Shown here piece by piece: positions 9,603-17,542 of a stretch of DNA of 60,484 bases; within the stretch, counting starts at the first letter, position 1; every line of letters begins with the position of its first letter. A program made the translations under genes and the position numbers. The stretch is from NCBI GenBank assembly GCA_021817905.1, contig JAKAFM010000003.1:1-60484 (forward strand), read 5' to 3'. The notes under the pieces are model-generated. The model did no database searches, was not told the DNA's origin, and worked only from the letters and a program-made list of their open reading frames with translations. Source of the stretch: a bacterium (GTDB taxonomy: Bacteria > Patescibacteriota > Microgenomatia > UBA12405).

Positions 9603-11062
9603 AAGTCACTCCTATAATTGGTCTAGAAGCCCACGTTGAGCTCAAAACGCTCTCTAAAATGTTTTGTAGTTGTGATGCTTCCCATTTCCATGCTCAACCC
9701 AATACCCACACTTGCCCCGTTTGTCTTGGTCTCCCTGGTGCCCTACCGGTTCCCAACTATACTGCCTGTGAATGGAATATTAAACTCGGCTTAGCCCTAA
9801 ATTGCTCTATTAATAAGTACTCTTTTTTTGAGCGCAAAAACTATTTTTATCCCGATCTTCCCAAGGGATACCAAATTACCCAACTTCAAGCTCCTTTTGC
9901 TATTAATGGTTATCTTGATATCGATAGCGAACACATTCGTATTAATCGCGCTCATATGGAAGAAGATACCGGTAAGTCGCAACACACCGTAGTTGATATG
10001 CAAGATATGACGCTTATCGACTTCAACCGTTCCGGAGTGCCCTTGGTTGAAATAGTCAGTGAACCCGATATACGTGGCAGTGCGGTTGCTAAAAAATATC
10101 TAATTAAACTTCAACAAATTATCCGATATTTGGGAATTTCTGATGCCGATATTGAAAAAGGCTCCATGCGTTGCGAGCCAACTATTAATTTAGAAATAAT
10201 CACCAACAACGGTCAAACTATTTACACCCCTTTGGTAGAAATAAAAAATGTGGCCTCACTTTCAGGGGTTGAAATGGCAATTGAATATGAAATCAAACGA
10301 CAGCTACTTGAATGGCAAAAATCAGGAATTATCAAAACAAAAACTAATAAAACCACCCGTGGTTGGGATGCCAACAAACTTCAAACATTCTTGCAGCGCG
10401 AAAAAGAGGGGAGCGCTGACTACCGTTATTTTCCCGAACCCGATATTCCCCCATTAGAATTTACTGATGAACAGATTACCAAAATAAAACAATCAATTCC
10501 TGAACTTCCGGACGCTAAAAAGCAACGTTACATCAAAGATTTTTCTCTCTCAGATTATGATGCCACTACAATTACTAATGACTTCGAAACCACCCAAGTC
10601 TTTGAAAACATAATTAACATCAGTAAAGATATTAAATTTCCCAAATTCGTTGCCAATCTTATTCTTGGACCAGTAAAAACATATGTAAACGAAAAGCAAT
10701 TAAACATTTCCGAAATAAATCTCGATCCATCAAAATTTGCCATACTTTTTGATCAGACAGAAAAAGGTTCAATATCAATGACAATTGTCAAACAATTCAT
10801 TATTGAAGCTATCGATCCAAAATTTGATATTATGGCAACGTTGCAAAGCAGAGGACTATTTCAAGTCTCAAATGTTTCCGAACTTGAAGAATTTGCCAAA
10901 CAAGTAATAGACGCCAATCCTCAAGCGGTTAAAGATTATCAAAAAAATCCCAATTCCCTCGGTTTTTTAATTGGTCAATTAATGAAAATCTCTGGTGGTG
11001 CCGCCAATCCCAAGCTGGCCAGAGAGATTCTAGAAAAAGTCATTACAAAAGGTCTAAAATAA
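9599..11062 (+). CDS. gatB: Asp/Glu-tRNA amidotransferase subunit B
   Basis: IGLEAHVELKT...KMFC N-terminus, HMEEDTGKS motif and C-terminal GatB/YqeY-like tail. Has an ATGA overlap with gatA. Confidence 0.95.
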   Translation: MKVTPIIGLEAHVELKTLSKMFCSCDASHFHAQPNTHTCPVCLGLPGALPVPNYTACEWNIKLGLALNCSINKYSFFERKNYFYPDLPKGYQITQLQAPFAINGYLDIDSEHIRINRAHMEEDTGKSQHTVVDMQDMTLIDFNRSGVPLVEIVSEPDIRGSAVAKKYLIKLQQIIRYLGISDADIEKGSMRCEPTINLEIITNNGQTIYTPLVEIKNVASLSGVEMAIEYEIKRQLLEWQKSGIIKTKTNKTTRGWDANKLQTFLQREKEGSADYRYFPEPDIPPLEFTDEQITKIKQSIPELPDAKKQRYIKDFSLSDYDATTITNDFETTQVFENIINISKDIKFPKFVANLILGPVKTYVNEKQLNISEINLDPSKFAILFDQTEKGSISMTIVKQFIIEAIDPKFDIMATLQSRGLFQVSNVSELEEFAKQVIDANPQAVKDYQKNPNSLGFLIGQLMKISGGAANPKLAREILEKVITKGLK

Positions 11063-11065
11063 GGT

Positions 11066-11242
11066 ATGAAACAAATAATCGGTCTAATTCTATTACTCGT
11101 TATTTTGGGAATCGTTATTATCTGGGCCAAAGGAAAAACTCCCGGTATGAGCGGAAATAATCTATTTAATTTTGTCACTCCTTCTCCTTTGATATCACCA
11201 ACAGTTACCCCTACAGCAACACCCACGATTACCAAAAAATAA
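11066..11242 (+). CDS. Small membrane-anchored protein with a Pro/Thr-rich tail (58 aa; below the ORF-track cutoff)
   Basis: ATG lies 3 nt after the gatB stop. Hand translation gives MKQIIGLILLLVILGIVIIWAKGKTPGMSGNNLFNFVTPSPLISPTVTPTATPTITKK. It has the same TM + PT-rich design as several larger ORFs in the window. Confidence 0.4.
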   Translation: MKQIIGLILLLVILGIVIIWAKGKTPGMSGNNLFNFVTPSPLISPTVTPTATPTITKK

Positions 11243-11244
11243 CG

Positions 11245-11592
11245 TTAAATCGAGTATTCGACTTGATATTTCTCTTCATCAGCCATAACTATAGCCAACT
11301 GTTTTTGTAAATTATCAAGCGCTTGTTGTAAATGTGGTTTTTTACTAAAGTCAATTTGATTATTAATTTCCGCCCAATGTACCAGCAGTTGATGTCTGCG
11401 ATTTTTTAATGCTCTTCTAATATACTCCCATTGAATTATCCGGCTAAATTGTTGCCATTCAGGAAACGTTGCCAAAAAATCTGGATGATATTCACCTAAC
11501 TCTACCGCCTTTTCTAACGTCAACCCTTTCGGAGAAGTAGGTTGTCTTGAAGTTGTATTTTTCTCAAAGTCATCATCAATTTCACCACGCAT
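11245..11592 (-). CDS. Hypothetical protein (115 aa)
   Basis: Start assigned to ATG 11592 because a perfect TATAAT lies exactly 6 nt upstream on the minus strand; the track start 11607 is TTG. I recognise no family. Confidence 0.55.
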   Translation of the reverse strand: MRGEIDDDFEKNTTSRQPTSPKGLTLEKAVELGEYHPDFLATFPEWQQFSRIIQWEYIRRALKNRRHQLLVHWAEINNQIDFSKKPHLQQALDNLQKQLAIVMADEEKYQVEYSI

Positions 11593-11598
11593 AAAGTT

Positions 11599-11604
11599 AT
11601 TATA
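11599..11604 (-). promoter_or_regulatory. -10 box TATAAT (minus strand) 6 nt upstream of ATG 11592
   Basis: The minus strand reads ttgTATAATaactttATG. It overlaps the plus-strand TACAAT box by 2 bp. Confidence 0.5.
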
Positions 11605-11608
11605 CAAT
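11603..11608 (+). promoter_or_regulatory. -10 box TACAAT 6 nt upstream of GTG 11615
   Basis: The sequence reads taTACAATtatctaGTG. Confidence 0.5.
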
Positions 11609-11614
11609 TATCTA

Positions 11615-14600
11615 GTGTCCACTTCTCATCACTCCTTTGACCAAGAGTATGCTCGCCTCAACCCAGAGCAGAAAACTGCCGTCGATACCATCGAGGGTCC
11701 AGTTATGGTTATTGCCGGCGCCGGCACTGGCAAAACCCAAACAATTGCCCTACGTATTGCCAATATTTTGCTCAAAACCCAAACACCTCCTAATGCCATT
11801 CTTTGTCTGACCTTTACCGACAATGCCGCTGCCAACATGAGGCAGCGCTTGATTACAATTATTGGTGCACGTGCCTATAGTCTAAAAATCCATACTTTTC
11901 ACTCTTTTTGCAACGAAGTAATTACCACTAATCCCGAGTATTTTATTATTGCCCCTGACCTAAAACCACTTGATGAACTTGAAAAAATAGATATTATTCA
12001 GAAGCTTATCGATACATTGCCTGATAGTTCGATACTTAAACCATGGGGCGATCACTACTACTATCAATCTGAAATCATAAGCCTTCTTCAAACAGTTAAA
12101 CGCGAAAATCAAAGTCCTGAAATGCTTATTAAATTAATCAATGACCAGCATTATTTTGTTAGTCAATCAGCCACTTTTATTACTAAGCTTCGTGGTCTTC
12201 GAGCCAGTAAAACATTAGAAAGTGAGGTGCTTTCAATTCTCGATCAATTAATTTCTATTCCCCATCTTTCGCCATCAATTAAAGCTCTTTTAGGTCTTGA
12301 TCGCCAACTATACACTTCAGGCACTTTTACTAGTGGTAAGGCCAAAAACCCGGCTATTAATCTCAAAAACGAACTCCTTAAACGTTATGATGATTTCACC
12401 AGACTTATTCCCAAACAACTAGAATTTACAAAAATTTACACTAAGTATCAACAGGAATTAATAGCCAAAAGTCGTTACGATTTTGATGACATGATTTTAT
12501 TCGTCATTGAGGCCTTTCAAAAAAACCCTGAACTCCTTCTCCGCTACCAAGAACAATTTCAATATCTGTTAGTCGACGAATATCAAGATACTAACGCCTC
12601 CCAGAATACAATTATTGACCAGCTTGGTTCTTACTTTGCCGATCCTAACACCTTTGTTGTCGGCGATGATGACCAATCAATTTTTCGCTTTCAAGGCGCC
12701 GCCATCGAAAATATGTTTGATTTTTATGAAAAACATAAAAAAACGCTTAAAATCATTGTTTTAAAAAATAATTATCGCAGTCATCAACTAATTCTCGATA
12801 CTTCCCAATCAATCATCAATCGCAACAAAAATCGTATTGCTACCTATATCGAAAATATCGATAAATCACTTACGGCACTACAAACTTACGACCCAAATCC
12901 CATTAACCTGTATGTTGCCAATACTAGCCTCGATGAAAATTACTACGTCGCTCAAAAAATTACCAGTCTCCTTAACCAAGGCACTTCTCCTTCACAAATT
13001 GCCGTACTCTTCCGTGCCAATAAAGATAGTCTCGACTTAATTGAAATGCTTACGCGACTTGGAGTTAAATATTACCAAGATAGCGGTGACAATATTCTCG
13101 AAAACCAGGTAATTAAACAACTACTGACAGTATTTCAACTCATCAATAACCCCTTTGATGATCAACTCATTTTTAGAGTACTATCGTTTCCTTTTACTAA
13201 CATCAATATTGTTGATTTATTTCGCATCCTTAGGGCAACTTACCAACAAAAAGTTTCACTTGGTAGTTTGGTCAACAATCCATCCAAACTTACCGCTCTG
13301 TCTCCTGCCTTAAAACCCCAAACTTTAGTTAAAATACGCAATTTTAACCGTCGTCTTGCCAAGGCGATTATTTCCAAAGAAATTGACCCACTTCCGGTAT
13401 TTTTTAACAAAACTATCCGACTGTTTAAGTATTTAAAATATATTCTAAAAAGCAATTGCCTCCGAGATTTAAGCGATCTTAACCAGTTGTATGCCGAAAT
13501 TAAACGTCTTGCTCAAGAACCAGGCACCAATCTTACTACTCTGCTTAACCGATTTGAGTTGATGGATAACAATCATCTTACCTTAGTTTCTGACCAAAGT
13601 ATTCTTAATGATCAATCAGCGGTACGTCTTCTGACCGTTCATAAAGCCAAAGGTCTTGAGTTTGAATATGTATTTTTGATTAAAGTCCTTGATAAAAAAT
13701 GGGGTAATACCACCAATAGTAATGCTCTTCCGCTTCCACTTGGTATTCTTAAAAATGAAATGTTTAAAGTCATCGCTGATGACGATTCTGACAATGAAGA
13801 AGAACGAAGATTATTTTATGTCGCATTAACCCGAGCCAAAAAACAAATTTACATATCATACGCCAGTCATAATGCTGCCAACAAAGAACAATTTCCTTCG
13901 CAATTTATAGCTGAAATTGAACCACGCCACATCGAAAAAATACCTACTCTTTCCATAAATTCACAAATTGCATTAACTACTCTTTTTCCCTTATCCGAAC
14001 CGAAACAGCATAAAAGTGATGAACTTCAAGAGTATTTGACGCGTTATCTTCAAACCAATTATAAGCTTAGTGTTACTCATCTTAACTCTTATCTCAAATG
14101 TCCCCGTTGTTTTTATTTTCAAACGATTCTTCGTCTCCCTCAAGTTAAAAACAAATTTGCTGCCTTGGGAACTGCTATTCACTTTTCACTTTCCAGCCTT
14201 TTTAATCACTTAAAAACAAATCCCCAATATTCTCTTTCGAACATGATAACTGCCTTCACCCACGCGCTTAAAAATGAAAATCTTAATAACGCTGATTTTC
14301 AGGAAACTCTTACTCATGGACAACAAATTCTAACTGCCTACTATCAACACTATAAAAATGAATTTAATGGCAATTACATAATAGATTTTGATTTTAATAA
14401 AGACAACGTAAGTATTAATGATGTCCCTGTTACCGGCAAAATAGATAAAATAGACATTGGAAAATTTGCTACTGTAATCGATTTTAAAACCGGTAACCCC
14501 GACTCCAAGTTTGCTCAATTGAAGCCTGATGGTGATTATGTTCGCCAACTTATTTTCTACAAATTATTAGCCGAACACGATCCAAATTTTAAATATCAGG

Positions 14601-14800
14601 TAAAACAGGGGATTATTGATTTTATAGAAGTTTCAAAACGAACCAAAAATTTTGTTAGAAAAATATATGACTTTAAGTCCGAAGATGAACAATTAGTCAC
14701 AACTCAAATTACCGATGTCTATCGACATATTCTTAACCTTGATTTTGAACCCAACCCCGACTGTCAAGATCCGCTTCATCTTCATTCTCTAACTATCTAA
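11615..14800 (+). CDS. UvrD-type SF1 helicase fused to a C-terminal PD-(D/E)XK (RecB/AddA-like) nuclease
   Basis: 1061 aa with a GTG start. Helicase motifs GAGTGKT, DEYQDTN, NYRS, TVHKAKGLEF and VALTRAK. C-terminal nuclease motifs are CPRCFYF, GKIDKID...VIDFKTG and RQLIFYKLL. Confidence 0.85.
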   Translation: MSTSHHSFDQEYARLNPEQKTAVDTIEGPVMVIAGAGTGKTQTIALRIANILLKTQTPPNAILCLTFTDNAAANMRQRLITIIGARAYSLKIHTFHSFCNEVITTNPEYFIIAPDLKPLDELEKIDIIQKLIDTLPDSSILKPWGDHYYYQSEIISLLQTVKRENQSPEMLIKLINDQHYFVSQSATFITKLRGLRASKTLESEVLSILDQLISIPHLSPSIKALLGLDRQLYTSGTFTSGKAKNPAINLKNELLKRYDDFTRLIPKQLEFTKIYTKYQQELIAKSRYDFDDMILFVIEAFQKNPELLLRYQEQFQYLLVDEYQDTNASQNTIIDQLGSYFADPNTFVVGDDDQSIFRFQGAAIENMFDFYEKHKKTLKIIVLKNNYRSHQLILDTSQSIINRNKNRIATYIENIDKSLTALQTYDPNPINLYVANTSLDENYYVAQKITSLLNQGTSPSQIAVLFRANKDSLDLIEMLTRLGVKYYQDSGDNILENQVIKQLLTVFQLINNPFDDQLIFRVLSFPFTNINIVDLFRILRATYQQKVSLGSLVNNPSKLTALSPALKPQTLVKIRNFNRRLAKAIISKEIDPLPVFFNKTIRLFKYLKYILKSNCLRDLSDLNQLYAEIKRLAQEPGTNLTTLLNRFELMDNNHLTLVSDQSILNDQSAVRLLTVHKAKGLEFEYVFLIKVLDKKWGNTTNSNALPLPLGILKNEMFKVIADDDSDNEEERRLFYVALTRAKKQIYISYASHNAANKEQFPSQFIAEIEPRHIEKIPTLSINSQIALTTLFPLSEPKQHKSDELQEYLTRYLQTNYKLSVTHLNSYLKCPRCFYFQTILRLPQVKNKFAALGTAIHFSLSSLFNHLKTNPQYSLSNMITAFTHALKNENLNNADFQETLTHGQQILTAYYQHYKNEFNGNYIIDFDFNKDNVSINDVPVTGKIDKIDIGKFATVIDFKTGNPDSKFAQLKPDGDYVRQLIFYKLLAEHDPNFKYQVKQGIIDFIEVSKRTKNFVRKIYDFKSEDEQLVTTQITDVYRHILNLDFEPNPDCQDPLHLHSLTI

Positions 14801-14847
14801 ATTTACTTACTCGACATTCGTGTTTTATTTGGGTACTATAAATTTAC

Positions 14848-15924
14848 ATGACCATACTTTACATACTCTTAGCTGCCATAGTATTACTGCTGATATTTCT
14901 CATTATCCGTCAAAATAATCAGAAAACCGCCGATATATCACCACAAATTCTTTCGGCTCTAAACCAGGCTGGCCAAAATATGGTTACCCTTGCTGATCAA
15001 AAAATTGGCACCGACCTTACCAATAAAAAAAATGCCATCGAAGATTTGGTTAAACGGGTTCTTGAAGAAGTTAATCGCAATAGCCAAGAACTAAAGATAG
15101 CTGAACAAAACCGAATTGGTAGTTTCTCAACTCTTTCCCAGAAACTAGAGGAACAAAAGGCTTTAACGCAGCAACTATCAGCAACCACTGATGGACTCAA
15201 AAAAGTATTAAGCAATAATCAACTTCGAGGCGCCTTCGGGGAACGTATTGCCGAAGATTTGTTAAAAATGAACGGATTTGTCCGTGGAAAGGACTATGAA
15301 TTTAATAAAGAACAAACTGGAACCGATACTCGCCCGGATTTTGCCGTTTTTCTCCCCGACGGCGCTAAAATTAATGTCGATGCCAAATTTCCCTACGCCA
15401 ATCTTCAGAAGATGACTGAAACAGAAAGTGTTGATCAGAAGAATGAATATGCCAAAGCTTTTGAAAGGGATGTCCGCGATAAGATAAAACAGGTTACCAC
15501 CCGTGATTATATTGACCCCGAAAATAAAACAGTCGATTTTGTCATTCTTTTTATCCCCAATGAAATGATTTTCTCTTATATATATGAAAAAATGCCTTCT
15601 GTATGGGAGGACGCTATGCAAAAGAAAGTCGTCTTTGCCGGCCCATTTAGTTTTACTGCTATTCTTCGTATGGTTCGTCAGGCTTACGATAATTTTCGCT
15701 ATCAAAAAAATGTCCAATCGATTATTGGTCATATCAAGCTTTTTGAAAAAGAATTTGAAAACTATAATGTTGAATTTAATAAAATTGGCGATAGAATCGA
15801 GTCGCTTTCTAAGCAATATAGCCAAGTTAACCAAACCCGTACTAATCAATTACTAAAAGTTGTCGATAAGATTCGACTATCTGATGAAACAGACACCTCC
15901 ACCACTCCACCGCTCATATCCTGA
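14848..15924 (+). CDS. rmuC: DNA recombination protein RmuC
   Basis: N-terminal TM and coiled coil, then LRGAFGERIAEDLL...RPDFAVFLPDGAKINVDAKFP...FIPNE, as in the RmuC family. Confidence 0.85.
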   Translation: MTILYILLAAIVLLLIFLIIRQNNQKTADISPQILSALNQAGQNMVTLADQKIGTDLTNKKNAIEDLVKRVLEEVNRNSQELKIAEQNRIGSFSTLSQKLEEQKALTQQLSATTDGLKKVLSNNQLRGAFGERIAEDLLKMNGFVRGKDYEFNKEQTGTDTRPDFAVFLPDGAKINVDAKFPYANLQKMTETESVDQKNEYAKAFERDVRDKIKQVTTRDYIDPENKTVDFVILFIPNEMIFSYIYEKMPSVWEDAMQKKVVFAGPFSFTAILRMVRQAYDNFRYQKNVQSIIGHIKLFEKEFENYNVEFNKIGDRIESLSKQYSQVNQTRTNQLLKVVDKIRLSDETDTSTTPPLIS

Positions 15925-16195
15925 TATTCTTTTTGCTTTTCTTTGTTGGCTCTTGTTGGGATCAATTATTTTATTTTTAACGCCAACACTTCCTCTGGTA
16001 ATTTTGGCGGTAATTGTTTTTGCTTTGGCACTATTCTTATCTGTTCGCCTAATCGTATCAAAAACAAAAATAATCATTATTATTGACATTTTGGCATCGG
16101 CATTATTAGTACTTGGCTTAATTCATCAATATAGTGTGATAAATATTATCTTATTAATCCTGATTACTCCGATACTCTACTTCATGTTGCCTTAA
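15884..16195 (+). CDS. Hypothetical small membrane protein (3 predicted TM helices)
   Basis: The first ATG in the ORF overlaps the rmuC 3' end by 41 nt. The sequence is strongly hydrophobic. The start is uncertain. Confidence 0.4.
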   Translation: MKQTPPPLHRSYPDILFAFLCWLLLGSIILFLTPTLPLVILAVIVFALALFLSVRLIVSKTKIIIIIDILASALLVLGLIHQYSVINIILLILITPILYFMLP

Positions 16196-16207
16196 ATTTT
16201 CTCCCTC

Positions 16208-16236
16208 TTGACACGAGTTAGCAGTCAGCATATCAT
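16208..16236 (+). promoter_or_regulatory. Sigma70-type promoter TTGACA-N17-TATCAT upstream of hrcA
   Basis: Perfect -35 at 16208-16213, a 17-nt spacer, and -10 at 16231-16236. ATG 16247 is 10 nt after the -10. Confidence 0.6.
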
Positions 16237-16244
16237 ATTGCTAA
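16218..16244 (+). promoter_or_regulatory. CIRCE-like HrcA operator (degenerate)
   Basis: TTAGCAGTC-N9-TATTGCTAA compared with the consensus TTAGCACTC-N9-GAGTGCTAA. The outer 6-bp arms TTAGCA/TGCTAA are perfectly complementary. It spans the spacer and -10 of the promoter. Confidence 0.6.
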
Positions 16245-16246
16245 AT

Positions 16247-16984
16247 ATGGCAGATCTAACCCAACGACAGATTCGGATTTTAAAATGTATTGTTGAAGAA
16301 TTTATTGAAACTGCAGAAACAGTCGGCTCTGAGACCCTTGAAAAGAAGTTCAACTTAGGCGTATCTTCTGCCACCATTCGTAATGAAATGGCCGCCCTAA
16401 CCCAGCTTGGATTCCTTAAAAAAAGTCATTTGTCTGCTGGCCGATCTCCTACCTCGCTTGGCTTGAAATATTACGTCCGCAATCTCATGACTCCCAAAAC
16501 ACTATCAATTAATGAAGAAATTGGCGCTAAAGAAAAGGTATGGGATTACCGTAATGAATTCGATCGGTTAATTCGCGAAACCACCAAGGAATTGGCCCTT
16601 AAAACTCGGTCCATGGCTATTGCTACCACCGATCACGGCTCGATCTATTGTTATGGAGCCTCCAACTTGCTCGAACAACCTGAGTTTTTTGACATCGACG
16701 TTACCAAAACAGTCTTGGCACTTATGGACAATAATGATTTTTGGTACGAGATTGTTAACAAGGTCGGCGAAAGTTATGACGAGACTAAAGATATGGTTCA
16801 TCTCCTAATTGGCGAAGATCTTGGATTGGAACACCTTGAACCGTGCGGATTTGTCTACCAGCGCTACCTTGCTGGTCCTCATCGTGGCATTTTAGGAATT
16901 GTCGGCCCTGCCCGCGTCCGTTATCAATATATCGTCCCCATTGTCGACTACTTTGCTGAATTAGTTTCTACTATTACAGGTTAA
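16247..16984 (+). CDS. hrcA: Heat-inducible transcription repressor HrcA (short form, 245 aa)
   Basis: N-terminal wHTH LTQRQIRILKCIVEEFIETAETVGSETL...SSATIRNEMAALTQLGFL. First gene of the hrcA-grpE-dnaK-dnaJ order. Shorter than the roughly 340-aa Bacillus HrcA. Confidence 0.85.
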   Translation: MADLTQRQIRILKCIVEEFIETAETVGSETLEKKFNLGVSSATIRNEMAALTQLGFLKKSHLSAGRSPTSLGLKYYVRNLMTPKTLSINEEIGAKEKVWDYRNEFDRLIRETTKELALKTRSMAIATTDHGSIYCYGASNLLEQPEFFDIDVTKTVLALMDNNDFWYEIVNKVGESYDETKDMVHLLIGEDLGLEHLEPCGFVYQRYLAGPHRGILGIVGPARVRYQYIVPIVDYFAELVSTITG

Positions 16985-16991
16985 TACATCT

Positions 16992-17486
16992 ATGGATCAA
17001 AGCACTACTCAGCCTACCAAGGATAGGCATGACAAAAAAAACAAACAAAACGACCAACAAATTACCCAGTTGCAATCACAGGTAAGTGATTACAAGGATA
17101 AATTAGCCAGAACTTTGGCCGATTACGATAATTTAGAAAAACGGGTCGACACCCAAAGACAGCTAATTGCCACCCTAACCGTTGCAACTATTGTTGATAA
17201 ATTATTAACAATTCTTGATGATTTATACCTTACGTACAATCATTTGCAGGATCAAGGCCTAAAAATTACCATTGATAAATTTATTACTGTTCTCAAGAAT
17301 CAAGGTGTTGAAGAAATTAATGCCCTTAATCAAAAATTTGATCCGACTGCAATGGATTGTGTTGAAGTAACCATTGGCGAGCCCGATAAGGTCCTTGAAG
17401 TCCGCAAAAAAGGTTATAAACTCAATGGCCAAGTTATTAGACCAACCCAAGTTGTAGTCGGCAAAAAAAGCGAAAATACTGCTTAA
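16992..17486 (+). CDS. grpE: Nucleotide exchange factor GrpE
   Basis: Coiled-coil N-terminus (LARTLADYDNLEKR) and C-terminal beta domain (FDPTAMDCVE...). Position in the operon also supports the call. Confidence 0.9.
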   Translation: MDQSTTQPTKDRHDKKNKQNDQQITQLQSQVSDYKDKLARTLADYDNLEKRVDTQRQLIATLTVATIVDKLLTILDDLYLTYNHLQDQGLKITIDKFITVLKNQGVEEINALNQKFDPTAMDCVEVTIGEPDKVLEVRKKGYKLNGQVIRPTQVVVGKKSENTA

Positions 17487-17542
17487 AACTACCCATTACT
17501 ATTAATTATAATTAAAAATCGTTATAACTTAAACCAAAAAAT

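Noticed and set aside
15262-15849. A 195-aa minus-strand ORF entirely antisense to rmuC, long for an AT-rich genome.
   Set aside because: Its translation is low-complexity Phe/Ile/Lys-rich with no motif. The opposite strand encodes a well-conserved RmuC, and the ORF has no promoter-like box at its start. This is a typical shadow ORF.
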